A stretch of DNA of 62,962 bases, counting the filler, from Octopus bimaculoides (taxonomy: Eukaryota): NCBI RefSeq assembly GCF_001194135.2. It is 5 parts of 5 records of this genome, joined end to end, with 100 filler letters (N's around TTAATTAATTAA, not from the genome) between each part and the next. Parts side by side here need not be neighbours in the genome. Positions count along the whole stretch, not along the records: positions 48,885 to 56,744 come from NC_068991.1; positions 56,845 to 62,962 come from NC_068994.1; 3 more parts are not named here. One strand, given 5' to 3'. Shown piece by piece: positions 49,240 to 61,960 of the stretch; the first letter of the stretch is position 1; each line of letters begins with the position of its first letter. A model generated the notes under the pieces. The model saw only the letters and a program-made list of their open reading frames with translations. It did no database searches and was not told the DNA's origin. The position numbers and the translations under genes are program-made.

Positions 49240-49540
49240 GGTTATAAGACTAGGAAACCACGTTGACAAAGCGTGTCTGTTCATAGATATGTCAATCCCC
49301 ACAGACTGCAACGTTTTTGTGAAGACAATTGAAAAATTAACTAAATATAAGGAATTTGAAATAGTGGTCTCAAAATTGTGATATCTAAGAACAACTGTTC
49401 CTGTGAGCTTGTGATTGGAGCTTTGGGGACAAAGCCAAATGGTGATCTTAAACACCATGCCCAAATATCAGGAAACTGAAAAGTATCAAAACTATAAAAA
49501 AAAAAATTGGTTTTATGGGTACTACCCACATCCTAAGAAA
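49240..49540 (+). pseudogene. R4/Dong RLE C-terminal fragment
   Basis: CLFIDMSIPTDCNVFVKTIEKLTKYKEFEIVVSK; FMGTTHILRKTLS. Confidence 0.8.
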
Positions 49541-50399
49541 AACATTGTCAACTTGAGAATACTCGGTTCTCTTAAAACTCTTGTAGTTCTGAAATACTAC
49601 AAATTTAAGAGAATCTTAGTTCTCAGATTCTGGTCTCCTTCCCATGCAATGTATCATTGCTAATCAGTACCAAAAAAAAGAAAGAAAAGAAAAAAAATGG
49701 AGCGTACAAAATTGCATCGCCAGAAACAAATATATGATCCCTATGTAAAAGATAACAAACGAAATAAAAGCCAGACTTCACTACTCAAGTCTCCCAAATA
49801 AAAGAAAATGCATAATTAGTCACGAAAGGATTACAACTCTACACTAAATGTATATTTTACAGCTACACTCTACCCCGAGACGGTACTAGTTCGGCATACA
49901 CATATATGGAGAGATAAAGACATCTAAAACATCTCAACGCTTCTAAAAGCAAACTTCGTTTGTTTGTTTACGTTCATCGTAATTTGAATTTAACAGAGAT
50001 AAAATTATTTTGATCTGAAATTAAATTCCAACAGTTTACCTAATTCAGGAAGGTACATTCTGAATACAAAAAAAAAATATCAGAGAGAAACAAAACACTT
50101 AGAATAACAAATATAAAATGGAAATACCAAATTAAAAGAGAAAAAGGAAACGGATAAAGACATTAAAGCCCAGAATGTAAATTGAAAAGAGAAACCAGTA
50201 CATGCAAAACAAACGAAATAAATTGAAAAACGCAAAATTGAACCTTAGCATAACCGAAGAATACTGACCAATAGATGAACCAGAACGAAATCAGTCAACA
50301 TCCGATTAAATTGGACTGTGACAAACATTTGGAAATGGGACAATTCTAAAGATGGAAATGTTGAATATGGCAATAATCTAAATATGGAAATAACTAAAG

Positions 50400-52100
50400 A
50401 TTTAACATTGATAAAAAAAATTGTTATGGACCATTGCTATGCATCACTCCAAAGATATAACTTAACGATAAAATGGCACTAGTCATTAGAGAAGCAAACC
50501 TGGTCATCGAAGACTTTGTGTAAATTGATGCAAACATCAATGCCGCCAGGAAAACCATATGACATAAATAACAACTACAGCAATCGAAAAGGAAAGTGGA
50601 TATTTTCTGAAAACTACTTCATAAAGAAGAAACGTCTAAACATGGACAAACAGCATGAAAAAATGTTATAAACATAACAGAGGAAGATTGAATTTCGGAG
50701 AAATGTTTCACAATTCTTAATGAAAGAAAATAACAGAAAAAACAAATATTTAAAGCAGAAAGACATACAAATACTATAGAAATACAACATAATGACAAAT
50801 AAATAAATAAATAAATAGAAATAAGGAAAAGAAAAGAATGTAGCTTAAATCAAGGAACGCCTGAAACAAGAGATTCTTGTTCTAAATCTACAAAAGAAAA
50901 AAATTAAATAAATGATAAATAAATATCTTTAAAAATACGTTTTTGCGAAAAGCGACAACAATTCTTTGAACAAAACAAACAGCTTTAACTTTATCCGAAA
51001 GCGATTTCATTAAAGAACTTATATAATATCAAAATAGAATCGTTGTAGCACCAGCAGCAAGTGAAGCAGAATTGTGAGGGTTGGGAGAGGAATAAGCAGT
51101 AGATGAATCATCACGGATAAAAACAAAAATTAAAACAAGTGAAGATCTTGAACAATGGCGGCTGAGACGCTACAAAAAGAAAAGAAAAATACATAACAAG
51201 GACCAACAAAGCATAGACAAATGTACTAACAAAAATATATATCTTTATCTTTTACCCTTCATTTGTTTCAGTCTTTTGACTGCGGCCAAGATGGGGAACT
51301 ACCTTGAAGGGTTTAGACGAAAAAAATCAAACCCCGGAATGCTTTTTTTTTTTAAATTTTAAAATCTGCTACTTATTCTATTGGTCTCGTCTTTACCGAA
51401 CCGTCACGGGGACATAAACGAATTAACATCGCCTGTAAAGCGGTGGGTGTAAAAAACTAAAAGACATACACAAACACACATTCAAACATATGACATATAA
51501 GTGTGTGTGTGCGCGTGTGTGCATGCGCGTGCGTGCATGCGCGTGTGTTTGTGTGTGTGTGTGTGTTTGTGTGTATTTCAAAAATTTAACAAAGATACAA
51601 CAAACGGAAATATTACAAAAACATAACGAACAGAAAATTCGTAGCTTATTCCTTATCAGTCAACGTCCAAAAGATCATTACAATTTCGTACCTATAACGT
51701 TAATATTATTCACTCATGGTGGCGCCAGTGACAAAAGCTACTGGGAATAGCTGACGAATGTACAGGACAATGACGAAAACAAACACGACAAACTAAAACA
51801 TACATATACAATAAAAAAAAAAGCCGTGCGACCTCAAGACATTGAAATATACAGCAAAGGAGAATGAAAATGCCCTGTAGGACTGGAGACTAAAGAAGAA
51901 CATATATATACAAAATATTATTAAAATTAATATTAATATCCTCGAAAGTATGTTAACACAACGTTATCAAGTCTATCCAAAATTAGTGAAATTCAAATTG
52001 AACATCTGAAATATTACCAGTTGATAGACGCTAACAAAAATAACGCCTAAACCGAATTCAACCTCAGATATTCTTTCAACTAATGGTGACGTCATTGGAT
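50400..52100 (+). pseudogene. Highly degenerate R4/Dong N-terminal to RT region (interrupted by SINE A)
   Basis: RFCEKRQQFFEQNKQ at 50938-50982 resembles the 40250-40665 fragment; the remainder is weak and boundaries are approximate. Confidence 0.35.
51245..51482 (-). mobile_element. SINE family A, 3' half
   Basis: tttgtttcagtcttttgactgcggcc...ccgaaccg...ggggacataaac. Confidence 0.7.
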
Positions 52101-53014
52101 AACGAAAATGTTTTGTAAAAATAAAAATTAAAAAATAAACATATTAAAGAAAAGACATTTTTGTATTCAACTATTGGTGACGTGGTGGCTCTCACTTATG
52201 TTCCAGATTACGATTAACTGCATCGATTGATATTTAACGTCTATGGCTACTATGGGTTGTCACTCACGCTGTAAAGTCAACGTGAGTGAGAACCCTGTAT
52301 GAAATTGTTAAATAAAAGGAAATAACTTTGTCGATGTACCATTCTCCATATTCTTTATCGTTATAATTCTGCTTAGGAAAATTGCAGTGTTAAATCTCAG
52401 ACAGTTAGGCTATCTCTACATTATTAATTATTTCATTCATGTCGTGTTGCATTGTATTTATACTTCGTGGTATATATTCCAGAAGATTCTGTATCCTTTC
52501 TTCATAGCTATTTCAATCAATCCATTAATTGTTGGTATGGCATATAATTGTCCTTTCTCTTCTATATTATAGAAGATATTGAATGGCGTCTTCGGTCATC
52601 CTTCATTATCAGCAACAACGGATGGTTTAAATATCTTTAACCCTTTCAGCCTGAGTGCATGCTTTCCTTTAGACGGCACGATTTCGTTCGGATATAATAC
52701 CCCCTGGAAGGGGGAGAAAGTGGCCGACCACACGATTATGCATTCACGACTGAAAATAACGATGCTTCTACCAATTAGGAAACCATAAACAAACAAACAA
52801 ACAAACAAACAGAAAAGTATATAGGACCCCCGACACACACTCAGTGCTCTTACCTCTTCCAATCGTATAATCAAATAAAATCACACCTGGTAAAGCGTAA
52901 TCAGGCGATGGTTTCAAAGGGTTATATTTAACCAAATTCTTATTTTTGTCTTACAGTGTCTTTAAAAAAAAATCAAGATCATTATCTTTCTCATCAGAGC
53001 ACAGCGATTTAACT

Positions 53015-53425
53015 TTTTATCTTTTATCTTTCAATTGTTTCAGTCTTTAGACTGCGGCCATGCTGGGACACGGCCTCGGGGAATTTCAGTCGAACCAATC
53101 GACCCCAGTACTTGTTTTGTTTTTAAGCCTGGTACTTATTCCATCGATTTTGTTTTTTGCCGAACCGCTAAATTACAGGGACGGAGACGCATCAACACTG
53201 ATTGCTAATCGGTGGCAGGGACAAAAACAAACACAAACACAGGCACACACATAAACATACGACGGGCTTCTTTCAGTTTCCGTCTACCAAATCCACTCAC
53301 AAGGCTTTGGTCGGCCTGAGGCTGTAGTACAAAACACTTAGGCAAGGTGCCACGCTGTGCGATTGAATACGGGACCATGTGATTGGGAAACAAATTTCTT
53401 ACCACACAGCTACGCCTGCGCCTAT
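53015..53425 (-). mobile_element. SINE family A, full length
   Basis: Family motifs from tail to head; CpGs largely retained. Confidence 0.85.
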
Positions 53426-53952
53426 TGTGGTGGTCTTTTATCTTCACAGGTTTCATGGCGTCACAGCTTTAAATCTCTTCACATAGCCAGTACACAGATA
53501 AGATCGTTTTAGTTAATAATGCCACAGATCCAAAACTCAAATATTCTTGAGACTATTATCGGTACTTCTTAGTATAAGCTATTGACATAAGGCTTACTAA
53601 AAGTTTTGTGCAACCAACACAGTAAATACACAGTTGTCAGTAGTGCACTGAGTGACACAATTTCGGTTGTTATGGACATGGATTAATTAATAACTCGTTG
53701 TTACTAGTCATTTTTCTCTCGACATGACGACGTCGGACAAGCTGGCGCTGTTAGAATATCCAGCCAAGCATTGTCACAACCCAAATTCCCGTTGCATAAT
53801 TAAAACGGAGCTAAGGTCAATATAAAATATAGAATGCTATAAAACGACAACACTAATTATGGATAATATATTTGGAAATATAAATATGGTAGCATGTAGA
53901 ATCAGGTAAATAGATAATTCAACAGTGTATCTTGAAGCAAACACAGCTATAA

Positions 53953-54362
53953 ATGGCACAAGGCTTGCAGTTTTGACGGAAGGAGGCAAGTTGATTACAT
54001 CGATCTCTGTACTTGATTGCTACCTTATTTTATCATTCCAAAAAGGATGAAAGGCAAAGTCAGCGTGGGCGGGATTTGAGCTCAGAGCATAAAGAGCCGG
54101 AAGAAATGCCACTAAGCAATTTATCCGATGTGCTGCCGATTCTGCCTGTTCTTCGCTTCGTTACATTTATAAATAATCCTTTCTATTATAGGCACAAGGA
54201 TTGAAATACATCGACTCCAGTGCTTAACTGGTACTTACTTTATCGACTAGGGAAGGGTGAAAGGCAATGTCAGCCTCGGCAGAGTTTGAACGTGTAACAT
54301 AAACTCGGATGAAATACCGCTGAGTATTTTATTTGATGTGCTGCCAACTCTGCCAGCTCGGT
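53953..54362 (-). mobile_element. Two tandem SINE family B copies (53953-54160, 54178-54362)
   Basis: ggcacaagg...ggatgaaaggcaa...gccagctcg motifs. Confidence 0.8.
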
Positions 54363-54777
54363 GATTTGCTATAGCTATAAAAAAATAGCTTGTAATACGT
54401 CGGGTTAAAATGCTCATTCGATGGAAAAGAGCTGGAAGACTACCCGCGGGACTCAAACACGCATGTTCTGTATCAATGACAGACGTATTACTAACCAGTT
54501 GCAGCAAGGTAACTTGGTTTCTTTTTTTCGAATAAATTAATTTGTTTAACGATCAATAAAAAAAAAAGAGACAGAGAGAGAAAGAAAGAAAGCAGAGCCT
54601 GTAGAAACAAGCATTGCATCAGCCATTTTACTGTCTGTTGAGTAATTCCAACAAATGGTAAATTATCATAACAATATTATGTTTTAGGAGGCGATATAAA
54701 ATTATATAAACTGATTATATATAAACTAGAAATGTCTATCAGCAAATTGGATTTTATTGTATTATTTTATGCATTTT

Positions 54778-55460
54778 TAAGGCGGCGAGCTGGCAGAAAA
54801 TCATTTGAACATCGGAGAGATTGCATAGTAGTATTTGTTTCGACTCATAACGTTTGAGTTCAGATTCCACCGTGATCAATTTTACCTCAAGGGACTGATA
54901 ACATAAAGTACTTGTCAAGTATTGTGGTCGATAGCCCCACCACCCCCTGAAATTGCTGTCTTTGTGTCACAATTTGAAAAGAAATGATTATATGCATTTT
55001 TAAAGCGGTGAGTTGGCAGAATTGTTAAAGCGTCTGACAAAATTCGGAGCGGTTTTTCTCACGACTCTCTACGTTGTTGTGTTCAAATTCTGCCAGAGTC
55101 GACTTTACCTTTTATCCTCCCCAGATCAATGAAATAAATACCAGTGATGTACTGTGGTTGATGTTATTGACTATCTCTCGCCTTTAAAACTGCCAGCCTT
55201 GAGTCACAATTTGAAAAAAAATCATACATTTTTAAAGCGGCAAACTGGCAGAATCCTGAGAGCGTGAAACAAAATACCTAACAGTATTTCTTCCGATTCA
55301 TTACGATTTGAGTTCAAATCCTACCAGAGTTAAATTTGTCTTTCATCTCTCTTCATCGAAAAAATAAAGTACCAATGAAACGCAGGAGTCGATGTTATCG
55401 ACTATTCCATCCACCCTCGCCCCGCCTCTAAAACTACTGGTCTTGTACCAAAATTTCGTG
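54778..55460 (+). mobile_element. Three tandem SINE family B copies
   Basis: Units start a(a)gcgg(c/t)g at about 54778, 55000 and 55232, each preceded by cattttta. Confidence 0.8.
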
Positions 55461-56744
55461 CGGCGAACTTTCAGTCGACACCATTTTGACCTTCTGACAA
55501 GTATTTATCACCCTTCAAGGATTGGTATCGACTTTATTGGAGACTCCTGATCCTAGACTATATTATCAACAGGGTAATATGTAATAGCCATGGTAGCAGC
55601 AGGAGGAGGAAACTATTCAACAATAGCATTTGCATTGATCAAAGAATCTCTCATCACTCCTTGAGAAGGAGTATGTTATCTGACGTAAGACGGCGGGGTA
55701 TAATTTGAAGAAGGGTTAACTTCTGTTTCTAGCACTTACGCTGACCATATTAAAGCACATTTATTTAAAGGTGACCAACCCTGTCTCTACAGAAAAGATT
55801 GTTGTTGGTCATCGTTCTTGACGTACCAATGACAAATAGGTCAACGAATACATTCCTGAAATACTTGTTTTGAATTCTATAGCTTAATGTTTGTGCAATT
55901 CTTTAGCTTCTTGGCTTGCTTCTTCATGACAGGCATTATCATCAGTCGGTGATTACATTGCAGTTATTTACATATTATTACTATATTTGTCGTGGGAAAA
56001 TAACGCCAAGTTTATTATGTTTCAATTAGAGGTTCGTCTATTAGTTGGTGTTCGGTTCCACATTCTTCATTTTCTGAGATAATTTGAATGATATGATGTC
56101 TGCCTTTTCACAGAATGTTTTCTTTTGATAAGTTGAAACTAGGTTTTATTGATATATGTTTTAACGTGTCTGGGTCTGCGCCTATGCGTGCATATATGTA
56201 AATATGCATACGTAGATACGTATACATGCATATATAACTCTGTGTATATATGTGTGTGCATATGTCTGCGCATATGTGTGCATGTGTATATGAATGCGTG
56301 TGCAAAGACGCATGCAAAGTGAACACGTACATACACACTTATTGTTTTTTTAAAACCATTAATTAAAAGAATTACTTTAAAATATAACTTAAACAATACT
56401 TAAACAACACCGCAATTTCATGACTTCGCTTGTATAGTGTTTAAGACGTTTATAATATTACCACGAGAACGAGAAATAAAGTTTAAAAAAAAAGATAGCG
56501 AGCTTGATACTGTCATTTTTGCACGTGTTGTTCACAAAGGTTTTTAAACGAAAGAACATAAGGACAAGCGTTGTCTTCAAAATTTCATTTCATATTTCAA
56601 AAAATATTTAAACAACGAATGTGTCAAAAGAAAAGCCAGCACGGTTTACGGGCTGACGATCGGAATTGACTACAAACTGGAACATTTCGGCTATAATGTA
56701 TTTAGGAATACACTACATTTGCATTGAACCCTGCAATTCATTAT

Positions 56745-56844
56745 NNNNNNNNNNNNNNNNNNNNNNNNNNNNNNNNNNNNNNNNNNNNTTAATTAATTAA
56801 NNNNNNNNNNNNNNNNNNNNNNNNNNNNNNNNNNNNNNNNNNNN
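56745..56844. other. Assembly spacer 44N-TTAATTAATTAA-44N
   Basis: Same 100-bp structure. Confidence 0.95.
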
Positions 56845-57135
56845 ATCATCACTACCACTATGTGCATCATTAGCACCAGCACAATCCGCATCACCATCAC
56901 AGCCACTACCACCACTGCTACCGCCACCACCGCCGACAACACCGCCGACAACACCGCCACCACCACTACTACCACCACTATCACCACTTCCACCACCACC
57001 ACCACCACTACCACCACCACCACAACCACCACCACCACCACCATCATACAACAAAAGCAGCAGCGTTGATAACAACAACAACAACAACCAGAGTAAGAGC
57101 AATAGCAACAATATAAACAACAACAGCAGCAGCAT
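56845..57135. repeat. Compound trinucleotide repeat (CAC/CAT/TAC then CAA/CAG)
   Basis: Direct inspection. Confidence 0.9.
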
Positions 57136-57337
57136 TAAATACCGTGTTACGCCATTTTACTCCACGCTTCAGTGACTTTTGATATCAAAGTGGATATTAA
57201 AAACCTGATTAGTTATACATTGGTCACACAGACTGTTCGTCGTATCTTCTCACTCCAGTCTTTCCCTGCTCCATCAGTTTTATATAGTATCTAAGAAGAC
57301 TCTACATTGGCTGTGCTCTGATTATATTGTGGTGTAT

Positions 57338-57665
57338 AGGTATGGCTGCGTGGTTAAGAAGCTTGCTTTGCAACTAGGTGGTTCCGAGTTCAGTCCCATT
57401 GCACGGTCTCTTGTCTTCTACTGTATCCCCCGAGTCGGCTAATGTCTTCTGGGTGAATTTTGGTAGACGTAAGCTGTGTGAGATCCGTCCTAGGCGCAGG
57501 CGTGGTTGTGTAGTAAGAAGTTTGCTTCCTAACCACGGGGTTCTAGGTTCAGTCCTGTTGCATGTCACCTTAGGCAAGTGTCTTCTGCTATAGCCTCTGG
57601 CCAATCAAATTCTTGTGAGTAGAATTGGTTGATGGAAACTGAAAGAAGTCCGTTGTATGTATATA
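57338..57665 (+). mobile_element. Two tandem SINE family A heads
   Basis: A/B boxes at about 57343/57388 and 57502/57547. Confidence 0.75.
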
Positions 57666-57739
57666 TACCCATTAGGTCACAATCACTCCAAGTTGAAAAT
57701 GTCGATGGGCGACGGTAAGGGAAAATATACTATTTCGCA

Positions 57740-58420
57740 TTTCATGTTATAAAATTCTTGAATAATACAGTTCCCTTGCCTTTGGTGTGACAACATAAAC
57801 ACGATCAAGTGTTTCTTCTTTGAAAACGTTCACATGGCCTTCAACTTTTTTCCTTTGCTTTCTTCTTTGCCATTCTTTGTTACTACTGTTCCAAATGGAA
57901 AACATGGGTACTTCAGCATAAAGTAATGTTTTTGCAAAGACATCATTGATGCACAATGAAACGAATTCTGTCAATGTTGTTCTCATATGTCGTTCATTGA
58001 CAGCCATATGTATCCTCATTATTTCTGAGCAATATTCTCTGTTCATCTGGTAGATGAATTTGCAGGCGTTCTTTCATGAATTGAAAATCCTAAAATGGAT
58101 GTAACTGCTTCGGATAGTCCAATATACCTACCCATTAGATATTGACTAATTGCATTATCATTGTATATTTAAACAGCAACTTGGTCATTTCCTGTCAGCG
58201 TGTACTTGATTACGTACTTAATCAATGAAGCAATGATTTCAACGTTGCAGTGGCATTTGAATGCCCTTAAAAGTGTTTCATTAAAAGGTACAACCCATTT
58301 GTTGTTGTTTGATTTTCCATTCTTATGAGATTCAAATCCTCCCATTGCAACTTATCTTCGTCTATAAATCTCTCTGTTTTGCTGCCTTTTGATTAAGAGG
58401 ATAAAGCTTAATATTTCATT
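57740..58420 (-). pseudogene. Helitron Rep-helicase fragment (Rep domain C-terminal part)
   Basis: NKWVVPFN..LLRAFKCHCNVE, KYVIKY (58199-58222; catalytic YxxKY-type motif), MGRYIGLSEA..ILGFSIHER, RTTLTEF..LLYAEVP..WN..WQRRK, RVYVV.P. Confidence 0.8.
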
Positions 58421-58735
58421 TTAAATAAGATAGTAATTTTCCCTCTTAAGAAAGAAAAAAAATCAAATACCCATGATTCAAAACATATCTCATCAAAATA
58501 CAGGGAGAATTTCTCTTTCAGTCCATGTAACTCCGAAAGTTGTATAAATGATTAAAAGAAGAAAAAAGAAAGTAAGAAAAAAGATGGACGGTGGTAGTTG
58601 CGACGACTCTTTGAAGTCGTCACCGCTGCAGATCATCCTCAACTTGATTTTTTTCTTAAAGGGGGAAATGACTATTTTATTTGTAATCTTTATCATCTTA
58701 ATCAAGTGGCAGGAAACAGAATAACTTTAAGTATA

Positions 58736-58778
<43 letters not shown>

Positions 58779-59274
58779 AGCATGTGTGTNNNNNNNNNNN
58801 NNNNNNNNNNNNNNNNNNNNNNNNNNNNNNNNNNNNNNNNNNNNNNNNNNNNNNNNNNNNNNNNNNNNNNNNNNNNNNNNNNNNNNNNNNNNNNNNNNNN
58901 NNNNNNNNNNNNNNNNNNNNNNNNNNNNNNNNNNNNNNNNNNNNNNNNNNNNNNNNNNNNNNNNNNNNNNNNNNNNNNNNNNNNNNNNNNNNNNNNNNNN
59001 NNNNNNNNNNNNNNNNNNNNNNNNNNNNNNNNNNNNNNNNNNNNNNNNNNNNNNNNNNNNNNNNNNNNNNNNNNNNNNNNNNNNNNNNNNNNNNNNNNNN
59101 NNNNNNNNNNNNNNNNNNNNNNNNNNNNNNNNNNNNNNNNNNNNNNNNNNNNNNNNNNNNNNNNNNNNNNNNNNNNNNNNNNNNNNNNNNNNNNNNNNNN
59201 NNNNNNNNNNNNNNNNNNNNNNNNNNNNCCCCCCCCCCCAGTATGAACAGCACCATCACCTGTAAACACCATCA

Positions 59275-59960
59275 ACTGTCGATACCCTGGAGCTCGTCCA
59301 CTTGATCAGCAGGCATGATAATCTCCGTCATATAAGAAGCAGAAGCAACCGCAACGCTATATGATAACCTAACGAAAGGAAGAATAACATCGAGTTATAC
59401 CATAGCGACTTCAAAAGACGCTATGATTACCATCTATTCCGTCACATAGACAAAGGTAAAGCCACTGAGCTGGCTTACCACGTTTGAGACTCGAAGACCA
59501 ACTCTACGCCACATAAATCTAGTGTATAATCGTAGAAAAGTCCATGCCATATGTTAATGGATCTAAAAAATTGAAGTTATGCGTAACTGAAAGATCGCAC
59601 ATCTTATTTAGATCTAAGAATTCTACCGCACCGTAGACCAGAAATTTTCAGCAAATGCATACATGTGGGTAAGTTTCTATAGGCAAATTGAAAGACACCA
59701 CCCTCTCTGGATTGAGCAGCTGTATCGCAAACTTTAGACCTCTTCCGTTGATTCTATACCAATTAGCTTTACAGTTAAAGGGGACATAATTCTAATTCTT
59801 TTTCTTTTATCTTTCTTTTTTCTCTTTATTCGCCCTTCCACATTTTTCATCCACCTTCATCTTGTCTTTTTGCGGGATTTTTCTTCTTCTGTTGTCCTGA
59901 TTTGTAGCCTGTATAAGCCATGTGCTCCTGATGATTTCTTGAAGACAGTACGCATGTTAT
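59275..59960 (+). pseudogene. Penelope-like element: GIY-YIG endonuclease C-terminus and 3' region
   Basis: FKRRYDYHLFRH..KATELAYHV*, IVEKSMPYVNGSKKLKLCVTERSHILF, frameshift, RRPEIFSKCIHVGKFL*; degenerate ctgatga at 59928. Confidence 0.75.
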
Positions 59961-60078
59961 TAAAACCTGCCTAGATAACATCTCCAGTATATCAGATGCT
60001 CACAAAACATGTATGTATGTGTGTGTGTATATCTATATATAAGTATACATACACAAATATATATGTGTATATATATAA

Positions 60079-60110
<32 letters not shown>

Positions 60111-60283
60111 NNNNNNNNNNNNNNNNNNNNNNNNNNNNNNNNNNNNNNNNNNNNNNNNNNNNNNNNNNNNNNNNNNNNNNNNNNNNNNNNNNNNNNNNNN
60201 NNNNNNNNNNNNNNNNNNNNNNNNNNNNNNNNNNNNNNNNNNNNNNNNNNNNNNNNNNNNNNNNNNNNNNNNNNNNNNNNNNN

Positions 60284-60284
60284 N

Positions 60285-60355
<71 letters not shown>
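60284..60355. repeat. (CT)n microsatellite
   Basis: Direct inspection. Confidence 0.95.
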
Positions 60356-60371
<16 letters not shown>

Positions 60372-60659
60372 GCCTGTCTATCTGTACACATACATATCAT
60401 ATAGATGATGGACTCATTCGTCGTATTCGACCTATGAGGGCCAAAGAATTTTACTTCTTTCCTCCTTTTCCTCTCCTTTTTTTCATGATCTTGATAAAGA
60501 ATGTAGTAAGCAAAGCCCTCAGACAAACGACAAAGGGATTTGTTTAAAGCGGTAATTTGTGTTGGACCATTCGCACTTTTTGGTATTGATGATAGTAACG
60601 TATGGTCGCTGTCAGAACTCCTGCTGTGTCACTTCCTCCTGGCCAAAACTTCAAACGAA

Positions 60660-60857
60660 TCTTATCTTATGTCTTTTATATTTTACTTCTTTGAGTCATT
60701 AGACTTGCGGCCATTCTGGGGCACTGCTTTGAAGAATAAATCAACTCTAGTACTTGTTTTTTAAAAAAGACTGCTACTTATACTATCAGTTTCTGAACTA
60801 CTAAGTTACAGAGACGTAAACACATCAGCACCGGTTGCCAAGCAGTGTTTGGACACA
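60660..60857 (-). mobile_element. SINE family A, 3' half
   Basis: gacttgcggccattctgg...ctaagttacagagacgtaaacac. Confidence 0.75.
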
Positions 60858-61121
60858 NNNNNNNNNNNNNNNNNNNNNNNNNNNNNNNNNNNNNNNNNNN
60901 NNNNNNNNNNNNNNNNNNNNNNNNNNNNNNNNNNNNNNNNNNNNNNNNNNNNNNNNNNNNNNNNNNNNNNNNNNNNACACACACACATACACACACACAC
61001 ACACACAACAATTTTCTTTCCTTACAAAGTAGCTCTTTTCTGGTGTTTTTCTTTCCTCACTCCAAATTTGTTGTGGATAGTTGTTTATTGCCATGCTCTT
61101 TGGATTTACTTAGAATTAAGG

Positions 61122-61880
61122 ATGTCTGGAATGGAGCTATCAAGTGGAACTGAAAGTTGCACTGTGAAAAGGAAGTTTAAAGATATTACATTGAATATTA
61201 GATATAAATCGTCTTAAAAGGCTTTGATGCAAGAGAAAAAATAAATCAAATTGTCAAAGTATGAAAACTTGTAATATTGAAGGTGGAAATAATATGTGAT
61301 AATAGAGACGTATTGAACAAATAATTGCGATACTAATTTAAAAAGAAATGAAGAAAATAACTTAAGTTTGTATGACTATTTGGAGAAAAAGCAAGCAGAA
61401 ACGTCTGATGGAAAATATTTTCTGGCCAGGAAAGACTAGTTTGAATGGTTTAAGAATCTCTTGAAATTCCACTACATAAAAGTGAGTAGGGAAACTGACA
61501 GAGTCGATACAGAGATAAATGATAATTATCCTAGAAATTTGAAGAAAATGATTGTTGAAGGTTTTTTTTTTCTTTTTTTGTATGGTGGTGAGAGCTCAAA
61601 CATGATACCAAAAATCGTGTGATCCTTCTGGGAGCACATGCTAGTAAATGTTGGTGATATGAACTTAAAGCCCTTATTTGTGTATCTTTGAAAATCAAAT
61701 AGGCTTTCAAGTTTACTTTACTTTCGATTTGGCATTCAAGTAAGAAGGCATGGACGACTAAGAGCCCTTTGAATAATGGTTTACAGACACCTTTTGCCTT
61801 GCTGTAGAAAAGCACAGTGCGTGACAGGGTTTACAACAAAGCTTTGATCCTTCTAAGCAATGTAGCATTTTGTGAATTTA
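61122..61880 (+). pseudogene. Tigger/pogo (CENP-B-like) transposase remnant
   Basis: KRKFKDITLNIRY (HTH start), WFKNLLKFHYIKVSRET...YPRNLKKMIVEG, KNRVILLGAHAS, ALILLSNVA (for LLDNA); many stops. Confidence 0.7.
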
Positions 61881-61960
61881 AATGAGTTTTCTGCTAATTT
61901 GGAAGTAGAATGGCTGATCGTTAGTAAGGAGGGACACACAAATAAGAAAGAAGAAAGCAA

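Noticed and set aside
56845-57135. Poly-Thr or poly-Val/Gly ORF (mucin-like)
   Set aside because: Trinucleotide microsatellite at a scaffold edge with no splice or domain support.
58603-58622. 7-bp hairpin gacgact/agtcgtc as a Helitron 3' hairpin
   Set aside because: Lies upstream, not downstream, of the minus-strand Helitron fragment and has no CTRR end.
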